Of a DNA stretch of 64,000 bases, positions 24,364 to 37,711 are shown piece after piece. The position numbers and the translations under genes were made by a program. Under the pieces are notes generated by a model. It was not told where the DNA came from. It did no database searches and saw only the letters and a list, made by a program, of their open reading frames with translations. Positions within the stretch are counted from its first letter, which is position 1. Each line of letters starts with the position of its first letter. Source of the DNA: Stegostoma tigrinum (lineage: Eukaryota); contig NC_081397.1 of assembly GCF_030684315.1 (NCBI RefSeq), positions 11,804,421 to 11,868,420 of the forward strand, read 5' to 3'.

Positions 24364-26085
24364 TTGTAATCTCTTCAGCCTTGAAACTACTTGATCATGT
24401 TCTGAAGCAAAACAGGTACCACAGACACTTCTCTTTTGACTCCTCCCACTTCCTACAGACTAAGGGGGTGGCCATGGGCACCCGCATGCGCCCCAGCAAT
24501 GCCTGCCTCTTTGGAGGTTACGTAGAACAGTCCCTCTTCCGCACCTACACAGGCCCCAAACCCCACCTCTTCCTCCACTACATTGATGACTGTATCGGCA
24601 CCGCCTCTTGCTCCCCAGAGGAGCTCGAACAGTTCATCCACTTCAACACCTTCCACCCCAACTTTCAGTTCACCTGGGCCATCTCCAGCACATCCCTCAC
24701 CTTCCTGGACCGCTCAGTCTCCATCTCAGGCAACCAGCTTGTAACTGATGTCCATTTCAAGCCCACCGACTCCCACAGCTACCTAGAATACACCTCCTCC
24801 CACCCACCCTCCTGCAAAAATTCCATTCCCTATTCCCAATTCCTCCGCCACTGCCGCATCTGCTCCCACGATAAGACATTCCACTCCCGCACATCCCAGA
24901 TGTCCAAGTTCTTCAAGGACCGCAACTTTCCCCCCACAGCGATCGAGAAGGCCCTTGACCGCGTCTCCCGTATTTCCCGCAACACATCCCTCACACCCCG
25001 CCCCCGCCACAACCGCCCAAAGAGGATCCCCCTCGTTCTCACACACCACCCTACCAACCTCCGGATACAACGCATCATCCTCCGACAATTTCGCCATTTA
25101 CAATCCAACCCCACCACCCAAGACATTTTTCCATCCCCACCCCTGTCTGCTTTCCGGAGAGACCACTCTCTCCATGACTCCCTTGTTCGCTCCACACTGC
25201 CCTCCAACCCCACCACACCCGGCACCTTCCCCTGCAACCGCAGGAAATGCTACACTTGACCCACACCTCCTCCCTCACCCCAATCCCAGGCCCCAAGATG
25301 ACATTCCACATTAAGCAGAGGTTCACCTGCACATCTGCCAATGTGGTATACTGCATCCACTGTACCCGGTGTGGCTTCCTCTACATTGGGGAAACCAAGC
25401 GGAGGCTTGGAGACCGCTTTGCAGAACACCTCTGCTCAGTTCGCAACAAACAACTGCACCTCCCAGTCGCAAACCATTTCCACTCCCCCTCCCATTCTCT
25501 AGATGACATGTCCATCATGGGCCTCCTGCACTGCCACAATGATGCCACCCGAAGGTTGCAGGAACAGCAACTCATATTCCGCCTGGGAACCCTGCAGCCT
25601 AATGGTATCAATGTGGACTTCACCAGTTTCAAAATCTCCCCTTCCCCTACTGCATCCCTAAACCAGCCCAGTTCGTCCCCTCCCCCTACTGCACCACACA
25701 ACCAGCCCAGCTCTTCCCGCCCACACTGCATCCCAAAACCAGTCCAACCTGTCTCTGCCTCCCTAACCGGCTCTTCCTCTCACCCATCCCTTCCTCCCAC
25801 CCCAAGCCGCACCCCCAGCTACCTCCAACCTCATCCCAACTCCTTGACCTGTCCGTCTTCCCTGGACGGACCTATCCCCTCCCTACCTCCCCACCTACAC
25901 TCTCTCCACCTATCTTCTTTTCTCTCCATCTTCGGTCCGCCTCCCCCTCTCTCCCTATTTATTCCAGGTCCCCCTCACCCCATCCCCCTCTCTGATGAAG
26001 GGTCTCGGCCCGAAACGTCAGCTTTTGTGCTCCTGAGATGCTGCTTGGCCTGCTGTGTTCATCCAGCCTCACATTTTACTATCTT
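24364..26085 (+). mobile_element. Penelope-like element (RT + GIY-YIG + terminal repeat), internally deleted and frameshifted
   Basis: QTKGVAMGTRM and YIDD (PLE RT); VVYCIHCTRCGFLYIGETKRRLGDRFAEH (GIY-YIG). Confidence 0.93.
25992..26019 (+). ncRNA. Minimal hammerhead ribozyme core in PLE terminus
   Basis: ctgatgaagggtctcggcccgaaacgtc. Confidence 0.6.
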
Positions 26086-27648
26086 AAACAAGGAAAAATG
26101 CGTTCATACTTCAGATAATATACTTTTAGAATACACTTGTACACTTCACACCATCTCTGTCTGATTCCCCGGCCTTGTTAAATCCGTCTGTTTTCAATCT
26201 TGAAGTTACCCCGCCCCCCAAAAAACAAGATTAAGCGGAAGGGGGAAAGAAAAGCCCGCCGAAAGTTATTCTCTGCACAGCTTTAATTTAATTTAATTCA
26301 CATCAGCACCCGGATATAATGATAAAAGTATCACACAACTTTTTCTTTCTCGTTGAACTCAATACTGCTTTAAACAATATTTTACAATCGCGCTCCCTGT
26401 TGCACAAGATCAACAATATTTCTACTTTTGCGATGCCAGTCCGGCAGCTGTTCTGCTTTTATCTCGGTTCACTTGGAAATTTTCCCGCCGACAGCAGAAA
26501 GCCTCATTTATAGCTTTCTGCAAAACTGGATAGAACCCGCGGGGAGATTTTAAAAATAAAACAAAATTCCTCTGCGTGGAAACCGTAGAAAAATACCGGC
26601 GCCAATATTCAACCGTTTTCTTTGCGATTTAAAAAGCCCGCCAACATGGGCAATACGAGGAAGAGGTTTTACAAGTATTTTTGCATTAATGGCCACGATT
26701 TAATTTCCTTTCAGTTAAAAATGTTCACTTCACATTATCTCTCTCTGCCACTCCCTAAGCAACACCGTTTTCCGAAAACATTGTAAAATAGCCCTCACTT
26801 ATTGGGCTGGATCAGTCTTTCCGGACGGTCTCGGTTCATTTTGAAAGCCTCTCACCGACAGCAGAAAGCCCCACACACTGCAAACTGAAAAAAAATCGGA
26901 TAAATTCCCTGACAGATTTGGAAATTGAAAAAGGAATCGCACGACATTTCTACTAATGGGACTCAAATAAGAGATCATAATTTTTCGCGGGTGAAATCCA
27001 GCGTTCATACCCTATTGGGACAAATTTGAAAAAAAAACCAACATGTAGGATATGTGGTGGGGTGGGGGGAGTTTCACAAAGAGGAATGAACAGTTTAATT
27101 TTTCTTTGAATTTAATTCACTTTAACATTGATGTATTTATAAAAACGTACACAACGTTTTTCTTCCGGGTGAGCGGGTTAAAACTTGAAACAATAGTTTG
27201 AAGTTGCCCTCCCATATTGTCCTTGAACACAGTTTCACACTTGCGACTGCAATCCTGGCTCGGGCTTTATCTCAGTTCATTTTGAAAGCCTCTCACCCAC
27301 AGCTGAAATCCTCAATGACAAGTATTCTGCAAAATATGTTCGTGGGACTCGAGCAGTTAGTTTTCTTTCCAGGGGGTGAAATTCCTGATCATGGGGTAAA
27401 TAATAACTGGAACATAAAGTAGGTGCTGGAAAAAATGACTGAGTGACGATAAATATGCATCTGTGCAGGGAGGGAGGAGAGACTGGGTAGGAAGGCAACC
27501 GAAAGTAACGGAGAAAGGGACAGGGACCAGCACATTAATTTTTAGAACGTTTGTGTAAACAAAGATAAAGATTAGGGACATTAATTATAGATACCGAGAA
27601 TCATTTACAAACGAAAAATGGTTCAACTGCTTCATTGAAATTGTGGGT

Positions 27649-27664
27649 GGCTCTGAAAAGAGCC
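27649..27664 (-). terminator. Histone 3' stem-loop (H2B)
   Basis: Reverse complement ggctcttttcagagcc + accca. Confidence 0.97.
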
Positions 27665-27705
27665 GTTGGGTTTTGGATGTGTTTTTCTCTGCACAATGTG
27701 GGGTC

Positions 27706-28083
27706 TCACTTGGAGCTGGTGTACTTGGTCACCGCCTTTGTACCCTCCGACACGGCGTGCTTGGCCAGCTCCCCGGGCAGCAGCAGCCGCACCGCGGTCT
27801 GGATCTCCCGGGAACTGATGGTGCTGCGCTTGTTGTAATGGGCCAGGCGGGAAGCCTCCCCCGCGATACGCTCGAAAATATCGTTGACGAACGAGTTCAT
27901 GATGCTCATCGCCTTGGAAGAGATGCCGGTGTCGGGGTGAACCTGCTTCATCACTTTGTAGATGTAGATGCAGTAACTTTCTTTCCTACATCTTCTCCGT
28001 TTCTTACCGCCTTTCGCTGGCGCCCTCTTCACCACTTTCTTCGCGCCCTTCTTGGCAACTTGTCCTTTCTTCTCCTCCACCAT
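27706..28083 (-). CDS. H2B: Histone H2B (125 aa, Cys-containing variant)
   Basis: [12 protein letters not shown]...[28 protein letters not shown]...[10 protein letters not shown]. Confidence 0.96.
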   Translation of the reverse strand: MVEEKKGQVAKKGAKKVVKRAPAKGGKKRRRCRKESYCIYIYKVMKQVHPDTGISSKAMSIMNSFVNDIFERIAGEASRLAHYNKRSTISSREIQTAVRLLLPGELAKHAVSEGTKAVTKYTSSK

Positions 28084-28136
28084 CGCTGCGCTCACTGTCA
28101 GACACAGAATAAGGGAAAGCGGGCTCGGGGCTCGCC

Positions 28137-28242
28137 TTTTGTAGCCTGATTGCGTCAGCAATGCTAATGAGGGATGGGGGAAAGCCTTGTTACTGATTGG
28201 TTCGATTAAGAGTTTCAGACAAATCTACTTCTCTGTGATTGG
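28137..28242 (-). promoter_or_regulatory. H2B promoter: octamer-like ATTAGCAT, two CCAAT boxes, variant TATA (TACAAAA)
   Basis: Aligns with the paralogous promoter at 59288-59400. Confidence 0.7.
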
Positions 28243-28272
28243 TTAGTGCGGGACACAACGTGGATCTGCCAG

Positions 28273-28466
28273 AGATAGTGGGAACTGCAGATGCTGGAGA
28301 ATCCGAGACAACAAAGTGTGGAGCCGGATGAACACAGCTCGCCAAGCAGCATCTCAGGAGCGCAAAAGCCGATGTTTCGGATCTAGACCTAAGGGTCTAG
28401 GTCAGCTTTTGCGCTCCTGAGATGCTGCTTGGCCTGTTGCGTTCATCCAGCTCCACACTTTGTTAT
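28273..28466. mobile_element. Fold-back PLE-terminus-derived element with 14-bp TSD
   Basis: cgtggatctgccag at 28259-28272 and 28467-28480; the two halves are reverse complements; absent from the paralogous promoter. Confidence 0.85.
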
Positions 28467-28999
28467 CGTGGATCTGCCAGGAACTGCAGTGAAATTTCAA
28501 ACGCAAACAGAAATTTTGTACACGGATCAAACTCCGAACTTTCTCTAAATAGTGAGATCCTAATCGCGATTTTTTCTGCATCTTTGATAATGTTTTTCTT
28601 TTCTCCTCTGTTTAAAAATGTCATCACGTTAATTGCCAGTGACAAAATGCACTGAAATCAGACAGTGGTGTGTTTCACTCCTGGAAATGACGTAACTTGA
28701 TGGGCATGGGAGTTCGGGAATGTTCTCTCTTGCTTGTGTTTCTTGTTAAGGACTTTATACCAGCATCTGTTCTGTCAAGACCCTTTACTTGTTGTTTCCT
28801 CGAAAGGTTTGACGTCCTTCTTCAAATCTCCAATATGTCTAGACCCAAACTATTCATACATTCCTCAGACACCTGCCAGCGTGTCTCGGTATCAGTTTTA
28901 CTCGGATTACCTCGGTCACAGACGAGCACTGATGTACTTTGACCAGTGCCTTTTGCTTTCTATTGATTAGACACATTTTACTCTCTCTCCCACTGAGGC

Positions 29000-29700
29000 T
29001 CTTCAATCAGTGTCACTGTCAGTTTCTGCTGCAAGATATGAGTGTAGTTATCCATCTAGCCTGTCAATTTCTGCAATGTCAACTTGTCTGTTTAGTCATC
29101 CATTTATATTTCTCATTTTCTGCTCAGTGAGTGTGTGTGAGAGAGTGTGTATGTGTGCAGTGACCAATACATAGGTGTCAGATACTGCACTGTTGATATG
29201 CATGTACTTATCAAAGTGTACCTGTCAGTTCAAGCTGGATGACATTGGGAGCGTTATTACCAAGCTGTTCCTGTCAGTTTCTGCTTCATGGATACTTGAA
29301 GTTAGTAATCAATATGTCCCTGTGAGAATCTGCTTGTGAAAACTGGAGTGTAGTTATCACACTGCACCTAACAGTTTTTTTTTAAGTCTGTGGATATTTA
29401 AATGCATTTATAAAATTGGACCTGTGAAGTTATGCTGTGAAACTGGAGTGTTATCAACAATCTGTTCTTCCCTGTTGCTACGATGTGGATATGTAAGTGT
29501 AGTTATCATTTGGGTACGTGTAGTTTGATACATGAGCATAGATATTAATTTGTACATAGGTTTTTATAATGTTAAGTTAAGAATGGTTTTTGCAAAACGT
29601 ATGTCAATATGTGAATGTCATCAATCTGTTTTTGCCTGTTTCTACAGGGTGAATGATTAAGCAGACATATCAACGCATGCTTGTCAGTTTCTATCTGTCA
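29000..29700 (+). repeat. Degenerate ~49-bp satellite array
   Basis: Same unit as 10200-11900. Confidence 0.75.
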
Positions 29701-29879
29701 ACGTGGCTGAACTTTGGCAGCCAGTAATATTCTCTGTGAGGATGCAATTTATTATGTGGTAGCTGTTATTAGAGTGATCTAATGCAGATTAGATTCAGTT
29801 TAAGTGTATATTTTGGACGAGTATTCAGTCTATCCATCTTCAAAAATGGTGTAAATGTCAAAGGGCTATGAATGCAGAA

Positions 29880-30740
29880 ATGTGACGTTATTGACGAGCT
29901 GGCTTGTTTTTGTTCAGACGTTTTGCCAGCATGCGAGGTGTCATCATCAGTAGAGCCTCTGATGATGCAACATTATTCTCCTCTGCTTGGAATTTACACT
30001 GTCAGGCCTGTTATGCTGAATACTGTCATGAAAGATTTGATCTATACAGGTTTATACATGTGGTCCAATTCTATGTTTGTGTGGAGAACAATGTCTCTAG
30101 GAATTCCTGTACATGTTTGGCTTAGGCTGCTATGGTTACTTTATCCAACAAAAACAAAAAGGTGCTGGAAAAGCTCAGCAGGTCAGGCAGCATCGGTGAA
30201 GGGAAAAACAGAGACTTAGCCTTTCGGGTCCAGTAACCTTTCCTCAGAACCAGTTACTGCTGAGCTGCAGAGCTTTTCCAGCAAGGTTGTCTTTTGTTCC
30301 TGATTTACAGCATCCACAGTTCTTTGTTTTTAATACGGTTACTTTGTCCTATTTTAACTGATGGCCTTGGTTGTCTGAATGTATCACATATTCAGACAAT
30401 AAAGGCCATCAGGTTAACATGTGACAAAGTAACCATGGTAGCCCAAGCCAAACACAGACGCAGGAATTCCGAGAGGCATGGTTTTCCATGCATACTTCAA
30501 TCAACAAGATTATAGAATCGGATCCCATATATGAAAACTCAGACAGATCAAAACCAGAAGTGACAGTACTCACCATAATGGACCATACAGTATAAATTCC
30601 ATGGGGAGTGGAATAACATTGAGTCATTGGAGGCTCCACTGATGATGCCACCAAGCATGGCAATGACTTGTATGAAGAAAAGCAAGCCAGCTCAACAAGC
30701 AAGTTAACATTATCAACTATCTGAGCTGCAGATCTTGCAA
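29880..30740. mobile_element. Second PLE family: inverted terminal fragments with a nested fold-back element (30150-30330)
   Basis: 29880-30140 is the inverse of ~30430-30720; HAREF-type GIY-YIG tail; ctgatgatg cores. Confidence 0.6.
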
Positions 30741-30934
30741 AACACTTTAAATGCTGAAATCTGTTCCAACTGGGCAGGTGTGCATTGTGAATGGTGGAAA
30801 AAAAAACAATAAACTTGTATTTCCTTTGTGCTGTTTGAACAAATCTCACTGGAAATTGTCCTCAATGTGTGTCTGACTCAATCTACTCTGTGACTGTGGA
30901 GAAGATGCTCTCTGCTCTAACAGCGGTAACATAC

Positions 30935-31016
30935 CTTCTGTTTGTTAGAAGCAGCTGGTCACACTTGGCTTTGTACCGAGGGAATATTACTTTCTCTTAG
31001 TCCCTCAAGTATTTGC
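30935..31016 (-). other. Copy of putative exon 2 (82 nt), with an in-frame TAA
   Basis: cttctgtcttcctccAG acceptor and GTATGT donor; homologous to 48998-49079. Confidence 0.55.
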
Positions 31017-31369
31017 CTGGAGGAAGACAGAAGAGAACTCTCCTGTAAATCATCATCAGCCAAGTTTAATAATATTTCATTGATCAATGCAATATTCAGT
31101 TAATAATCATTACAATATTTAATTTCAAGCCAGGAATCTGGACAGAATTTAGGTGTTTGATTCCACTCTTGCTCTGAGCTGCTTCTTTGTCTTGTGATTT
31201 TTCTTTTTGTTAATTCCATACCAATTGAGTGAAGTCCAGAAACAAACTAAGTGTCCAGATCCATGAATGGACTACACAATGTGAGTGGGTCTGTAGATAT
31301 GAGTTTATTTGTTGATCTATTCATGTCTCACACATTAGTGAGCCTTTGTTAGATTACTTATGTATTCAC

Positions 31370-34320
31370 ACAGCAGAGACTGACGGGGACCTGTGAGATT
31401 CTGCCCTGTGTTTATTTGAGAAGTTATCAAATTGGACTTGACTGTGATTTTTTTTCCCCCTTTGTAAATATGAGAATGCCATTGTAAGTCTTTACCTGAT
31501 TGTTTGTGTTGTGGGAATGTTCGTGTCAGTGTCTGCAATGTGAGTATACTTATCCATCTGTGCCAGTCGTTTTCTGCTATCTGAATGGAAGACAGTAGGA
31601 TTCAGACTGTGCTTCTCAGTTTCTGCTATGTCAACACGAGCTTGGTTTTTCATGTTTACCTGTCAGTTCCGAGCTTTGAATGTGTGGGTGCAGTTGTTAA
31701 CGTAACCCTCAATGTTTCTGCTTGTAAAAATGCAACCATATTCATTGAATCGTAACAGTCATTTTCAGACATGTGCATATGAAAATGTAGTTATCCATCT
31801 GTGATTGTCAGTTTCTGTTCTGTAATTATGTGAGTGTGCTTTTCAGTGCACACCAATCAATTTCTGTTGTGTGAATATGATTGTCATTATCAATCTGAAC
31901 CTTGTCAGTGTCTCCCCAGTGAATATTCTTGTGTAATTATCAGGATTATACCGGTAAGTTTCTGCTGTGAATTATTAATTAATTTGTTATTACCTTCCGT
32001 CCATCAGTTTCCGGTTTCTAATGTGGGAGTGCATCTATCAATTTGTCTGTGCCAAATTTTGCAATGTGTATTTGTGCATACAGTTATCAATCCGCTCCTG
32101 TCAGCATCCTCTGTTTATGAGGGTGCGGTCACCAATCTATTCTGTCACGTTTAGCTCAGTGAATTTGAGAGTGTAGTTACCAATCCATAACTGTCAGGTT
32201 CAACTCTGTGAATGTGAGGAGAAAAGGTAATAGTCTACTAGCATTGTCGTTGGACTATTATTCCAGAGCTAGATATTATTCTGCGGCCGCAGTTCAAGTC
32301 CCATCATAGCAGATTATTGAATTAAAATTCAACAATAAACTAAGAAAAAAGTTGAGTGACAATTCTCCACAAAAATAAATCTGGTCCTCTCACAGCCTTT
32401 TGGGAACCAAGTCTCCCATCCTTCCCTCGTCTGGCCTACATGTGATCCCAGACCCACAGCAATGTGGTTGGCACTGAACTGCCTTCTGTGCACAATTAAG
32501 GATAGTCCATAACACACACATCCCATCAATATATTTTCAAAACAAAAAAAATGTCAGAATGCAGTTATCAATCTGTCTCTTCCAGTCACTGTTTTGTTAA
32601 CGTGTTAAAAGTTATCATCCTGTATCTGTCAATTTCTGCAATGCCGTATATAATGGCAGTTACCAATTTTTCTTGCTTTACAATGTCACCATGAGACAAC
32701 TGATCTGTCAGTTTCTGCTAAGAGTGTATTTATCAAATTGTTCCTGTCAGTTTTTGCTTTGTCAATCTGAGTGCAGTTAATCAATACCTGTCAGTTTCTG
32801 CAAGGTGAAAGTAAGAGTTCTGTTATGAACATACACTGTCACATTCTGCTCTCAAAGTATCGAGAGCAGATATCGTGCTGACACCATCAACGTCTGCTCT
32901 GCAAATCTGAGCGCAGTTATTCATCTGCACTTGTCAGTTTCAACTTTGTGAATGTGAGTAATTAGCATTCTCTCCCCATGTTTCTTTTACGTGAACATGA
33001 GTTTAGTTATCATTCTGTCCTTGTGGAGGCTCGGGAACTTGGGGAAATAAATATGGATGTCTTGAAAACAGTCCACATGACCTAACAGGTGGTGTTAGAG
33101 TCAGGGACAAAAAAACCCAAAAGGTGGCTAAATTGGCAGGACCTAATCAGATTATTGTAGATTTTCAGGATATCGGGATTTTGCGGGAAGCTATGTTGAT
33201 CATTTGAACAAATGACATTGTTCTCTTGCTTTCTTGTAACATTTTGCAGGAAGGATTATCCCATCCCTGTCACATATTGCAATACAAATGTGTGGCTATG
33301 GTTATCAAATCTGTACACTCAGTTTTTGCCATGTGAATGAGAGGGTGCAGTTATAAATCTCAGTTTCTGCAATGATAATGGAAGTGCAATTATCAGTCTC
33401 CATCAGTTTCTGCTGTATCCATAGATGGGTTTAGTTATTATCAGTACATGTCAGTTTCCGTCACATCAATGTGTGAGTGTTATCAACCTGCCCCTGACAG
33501 TTACTGTAATGCAGGTGGGTGACTGTAGTTATTAAGCTGTAGCTCTCTGTTACTGCCATGTGAATGAGTGTAGTTGTGCACCTACACATCAGTTGCTGGT
33601 GGTCAATGCATGAGTGTAGTTGTCACTTCTATACCTGTTTGTATTTGCTTGTCAGTCTGAGTTTAGTAATCGATCAGTTATTGTCAGATTCTGCTGTGAA
33701 ATTATCTGATTGTTTAAACTGACAGGTACAGTTTGATAACTAATGCAAAACTGGGAGTTTTATTATTAATCTGTTTCTGTCAGTTTTTGCTGTGTGGATA
33801 TGATAGATTTGTTATCAAAAGTTCTGTCAGTAAATGCCATGTGAATGTCTGAGTCCATTTACCAGTCAGTCCCTGTCAGTTTCCGCTCTGTGTGTCTGAG
33901 TGTGCAGTTATAAATCTGTAACTGGTAGTCTCTGTTACATGACTATTTCCGGGAAAGATTGATAAATGCCCTATCAGCCAGTGAGTGTTCTGTGAATGTG
34001 CTTAACAATTGGGATTTGCCAGTCCTGGTATAGAAATATAAATAATTTATCCTTGTCAGTTTCTACTGTATGTATCAATGAGTGGAGCTAGAAATCTGTA
34101 CATATAATTTTTCCACCACATGAATAAGAGTACAGATGTCAATCTTTCGCTGTCTGTTTCTGCTCTGTGAATATCAAAGTACAGTTATCAATCTGTACAT
34201 GCCAGCTGCTGCTTTGTGAATCTCTGAGTTTAGTTATCAACCCAAGCCTGTCAGTTTCTGCTTTAAGAACGTAGGAGTGCAGTTATCAGCCTGTACCTGT
34301 CAGTTATTGCTCCATGCATT
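31370..34320 (+). repeat. Long degenerate 49-bp satellite array with insertions
   Basis: gttatca recurs at 34184, 34233 and 34282 (period 49). Confidence 0.85.
32225..32530 (+). mobile_element. Old SINE, probably DeuSINE/SacSINE-like
   Basis: B-box-like gttcaagtcc, then gtctggcctacatgtgatcccagacccacagcaatgtggttg core. Confidence 0.55.
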
Positions 34321-35439
34321 TGTTTTGTGCAATGGGTTGTGTAATGTAAAAGCAAAAGGTATTGTAACTCCAAAAGTGCAGAGTCTAACCGACAGAAATT
34401 ATATCAAGGGCTGTTCTTCAAGATGGCATCAGCTTTTCTGAGTGCACAGTAACATAATTTTGTGAATAATGCTGAAGGAATAGATTGATGTGGCATTCCT
34501 TTCTTTGAGTCTAAAGGAAAAAGGCAATGAACAAATCAACTGTATTCAGCTGAATGACCACGAGGTTCCTTCTACAGGGAAGGGGATCGGCTAATTCACT
34601 TAATTATACTACCACGGATATTACAGAACCCTGCTCTGTTGTGTGATGGCACATGGCATTAGCAATACTCTTACAATGCACTGTGGTGGGGATGAAGAAA
34701 GAAAAAGGACTTGTATTTTCTGTCTTACAGTGGAGAAGATTTAAACTTATTGAACATGGTCGAACTCTTTGTGAAAAAAGTAAAAATTTGACAATTACAA
34801 GATTCAGTTAAATGGATCATTCTTCATTGCTTTAAATGGTGATTACATCATTCATGTGTAGAAACAGCATTCTGTTTTCCTGCTCACTTCTGCGATATTT
34901 CATTCGGAGGAGTAAGTGACACTGTAAACAACTGTTTAACTTAGTTGCCAAATTCACTTCAATGCTTCCTCCCGCCCAAAAAAAAAGAAGCTTTGCAAGA
35001 CAGATGGAAAATATAGTTTCTATTCCTGAAGGTGAACACGTTGAGAATCACATTGTGATAAGGTTGGGGTTGGCAAATCGTATACTGCCATGACACACTT
35101 ATTGAAATGGAATGCTGGCTGAATGGGATCAGAATTGTCAGGTGCTTGTTTTTGTCTACTATTGCCCCGATGGGCTGAAAGGTATTTTTTTCTGTCTGGT
35201 AGACTCTCTTGCTTTTCTTAAAAAAAGAGCTCTAAACATTTCTTATGTATTTGCTTCTGTTACCTGCAGTGTGTATGACAACAATGTATACCCAGTCTTT
35301 GTATGTGTTGATACAATGAGCATATCTGGGACTCAGTCAGCAGCTTTGTCTATGTGTCTGCACGTGCTCAGTAGTGATTTGCTACTTGTCAGACATGGTT
35401 GTTCAAACTATGTAACATGATGTTTTTCTTTGAGGGGGT

Positions 35440-37350
35440 AACATGGTGTAGAGCTGGATGAACACAGCAGGTCAGGCAGCAGAGGAGCAGGAGAGCTGAC
35501 ATTTCTGGACTGGACCCTTTTGTCAGAAATGGGGGAAGAGAAAGGGACTCTGCAATGAATAGAGAGAAGTGAGGAGATGATGACAAAAGGTGGATAAAGG
35601 ACCAGATAGGTGGAGAGAAGATGGCCAGTCAAGGAGGCAGGGCTGGAGCCAGTAACGGTAAGTGTAGGGAGGGAGTTCGGATATGGGTTGAGGGAAGGCT
35701 GACAGGTCAAGGAGGCAGGGATAAGTTTAGGAGGATGAAGTGCCGGTGGGGGTTGATCAGTGAGGTGGGAGAAGCAGATTGGTCGGAGAAAAGATGGACA
35801 GGTCAAGGAGGCAGGGATGTGCTGGATGAGTTTGGTGTGGAGAGATTTTGAAGCCCACGTTGAGAACATTGTGCTGCAGGGCTCCCAAGTGAAATATGAG
35901 CTGCAGATCGTGCAGCCTTCCGGAGGCAACGTTGTGGCACTGGAGGCGGCCTAGGATGGATATGTTGTCCAAGGGGTGGGAGGGGGTGTTGAAGTGGGTC
36001 ATGACTGGGGAGGTGCAGTCGTTTGTCACGATGTGAGCGTAGGTGTTCAACAAAGTGGTTTCCAAGCCTCCGCTTGGTTTCCCCAATGTAGAGGGGGCCA
36101 CATCAGGAACAGTGGACACAACAAAATGTATTAGCGGACATACAGATGAACATCTGTTTAACATGGAAGGTTTTCTTGGGACAAGGGGAGAGATGTCGGG
36201 GCAGGTGTAGCACTTCCTGTGGTTCCAGTGAAATGTGACAGGGGCGGTGGGGCTAGTGTGGAGCGTGGAGCGGACGAGGGAGTCAGAGAGAGCAGTCCCT
36301 CTGGAAGGCATATAAGGGTGGGGTTGGGAAAATGTCCTTGGGATTGGGGTGAGATTGAAGGTGGCAGAGGAAGGTGCATTGAACCCAGAGTTTGATGGAG
36401 TGATACGTGATGACAAAGGAGATTCTGACTTTGTTGTTATTGTGGAGAGGGGGTGCAAGGGACAAGTTGCAGAAATGAGAGCGATGAGGTCAAGGGCATA
36501 TTCAGCCACTGAGGAGGGGAATTTGGCAGTCCTTGAAAAACAAGGACATCTGCAATGGCCTGGAGTGGAATGCCTCATCTCAGGAGCAGATGACACAGAG
36601 GAAGGAATTGGGAATGGGGGATGGCATTTTTGCAGCCAGGTAGGGGAGGGGAGGGGAAGTGTATTCTAGGTAGCTGTGGGAATCGGTCGGATTGAATTAG
36701 TTACCAGTTTCCAGGTGGTTGCCAGAAATTCAAACGGAGTGGTCCAGGAAGGAGAGAGATATATTTAAGATGGTTCAGGTGAAGTTAAACTTGGGGTGGA
36801 AGGTGTCAGTAAAGTGGATGAACTGTGAGTTCCTTGTGGGAGCACGAGGTGGCACCGATACAGTCATCAAAATAACGGAGGAAGAGGTGGGGATGGGGCC
36901 AGTACAGCTGCAGAAGAGGGGCTGGTCCATGAATCCTACAAGAGGCAGGAATAGCTTGGGCCCACGCGGGTACCCATGGCCACCCACTTTGACTGCAGAA
37001 AGTGGGAGGATTTGAAGGAGATGATGTTGGTGGTGTCACAGATTTAGGTGGGGAGTTCCTGGTCCAGGGGCAGGGGCACGGAGAGCGAGAGAAAATGGAG
37101 TTGAGATAATTGGAGATGAGTTCGGTGGGACAGGGTCACAGAGGAAACGGGTCAACAGGGGCAGTTGGGTTTGTGGATTTTGAGATTGATGCAGAAACAG
37201 TTAATATGGCGTTGGGGAAAGATGAGGTCAGAGGCTGTTGGCGGGAGAGTGCCTGAGGTGCTGAGGTTGTGGATGGTCTGTGAGATGATGATGTTTTGGC
37301 GATTGGGGCAGGGTCATGATCAAAGGGGTGGTAGGAGGACACTCTCTCTA
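35440..37350 (-). mobile_element. Degraded Penelope-like element (RT + GIY-YIG + terminus)
   Basis: YFDDCIGA, QFIHFTDTFHPKFNFT, DSLVRSTL, GALQHNVLNV on the minus strand. Confidence 0.85.
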
Positions 37351-37639
37351 TCCGGTTTGAGATATTATAAAATACCTTTTCTAAATGCAAACTTGATCCA
37401 GTTCCTGTTTTCAGTACTTTCAACAAGGAGTCAGATGTTAACCTTTCAAACATGATTTAAATGTTAATGGGCTACAAATGATATTAATTCACATCATGCT
37501 AGTTCCAATTGACAATGAAAAACAAAAAAAAACTTGCCTTTCCTCAGACAAGTCTCTGGAAATTGAGCTCAATACAAGTCTGATCCAATCCACTCTGACT
37601 ATGGAAAAGATGTTCTCCATTCTGATTGCAGGAACATGC

Positions 37640-37711
37640 CTGGTGTTAGTTAGAAGCAACTGCTCACACTTGGCTTTCTAACAAGGAAATGTTGTTTCTT
37701 TGAGAATTTGC
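37640..37711 (-). other. Decayed copy of putative exon 2 (72 nt, GC donor)
   Basis: ttcctccAG acceptor; GCATGT donor; homologous to 48998-49079. Confidence 0.5.

Noticed and set aside
31370-34320. CRISPR-like repeat-spacer array
   Set aside because: Units are degenerate along their whole length with no constant repeat or unique spacers; eukaryotic context, no cas genes
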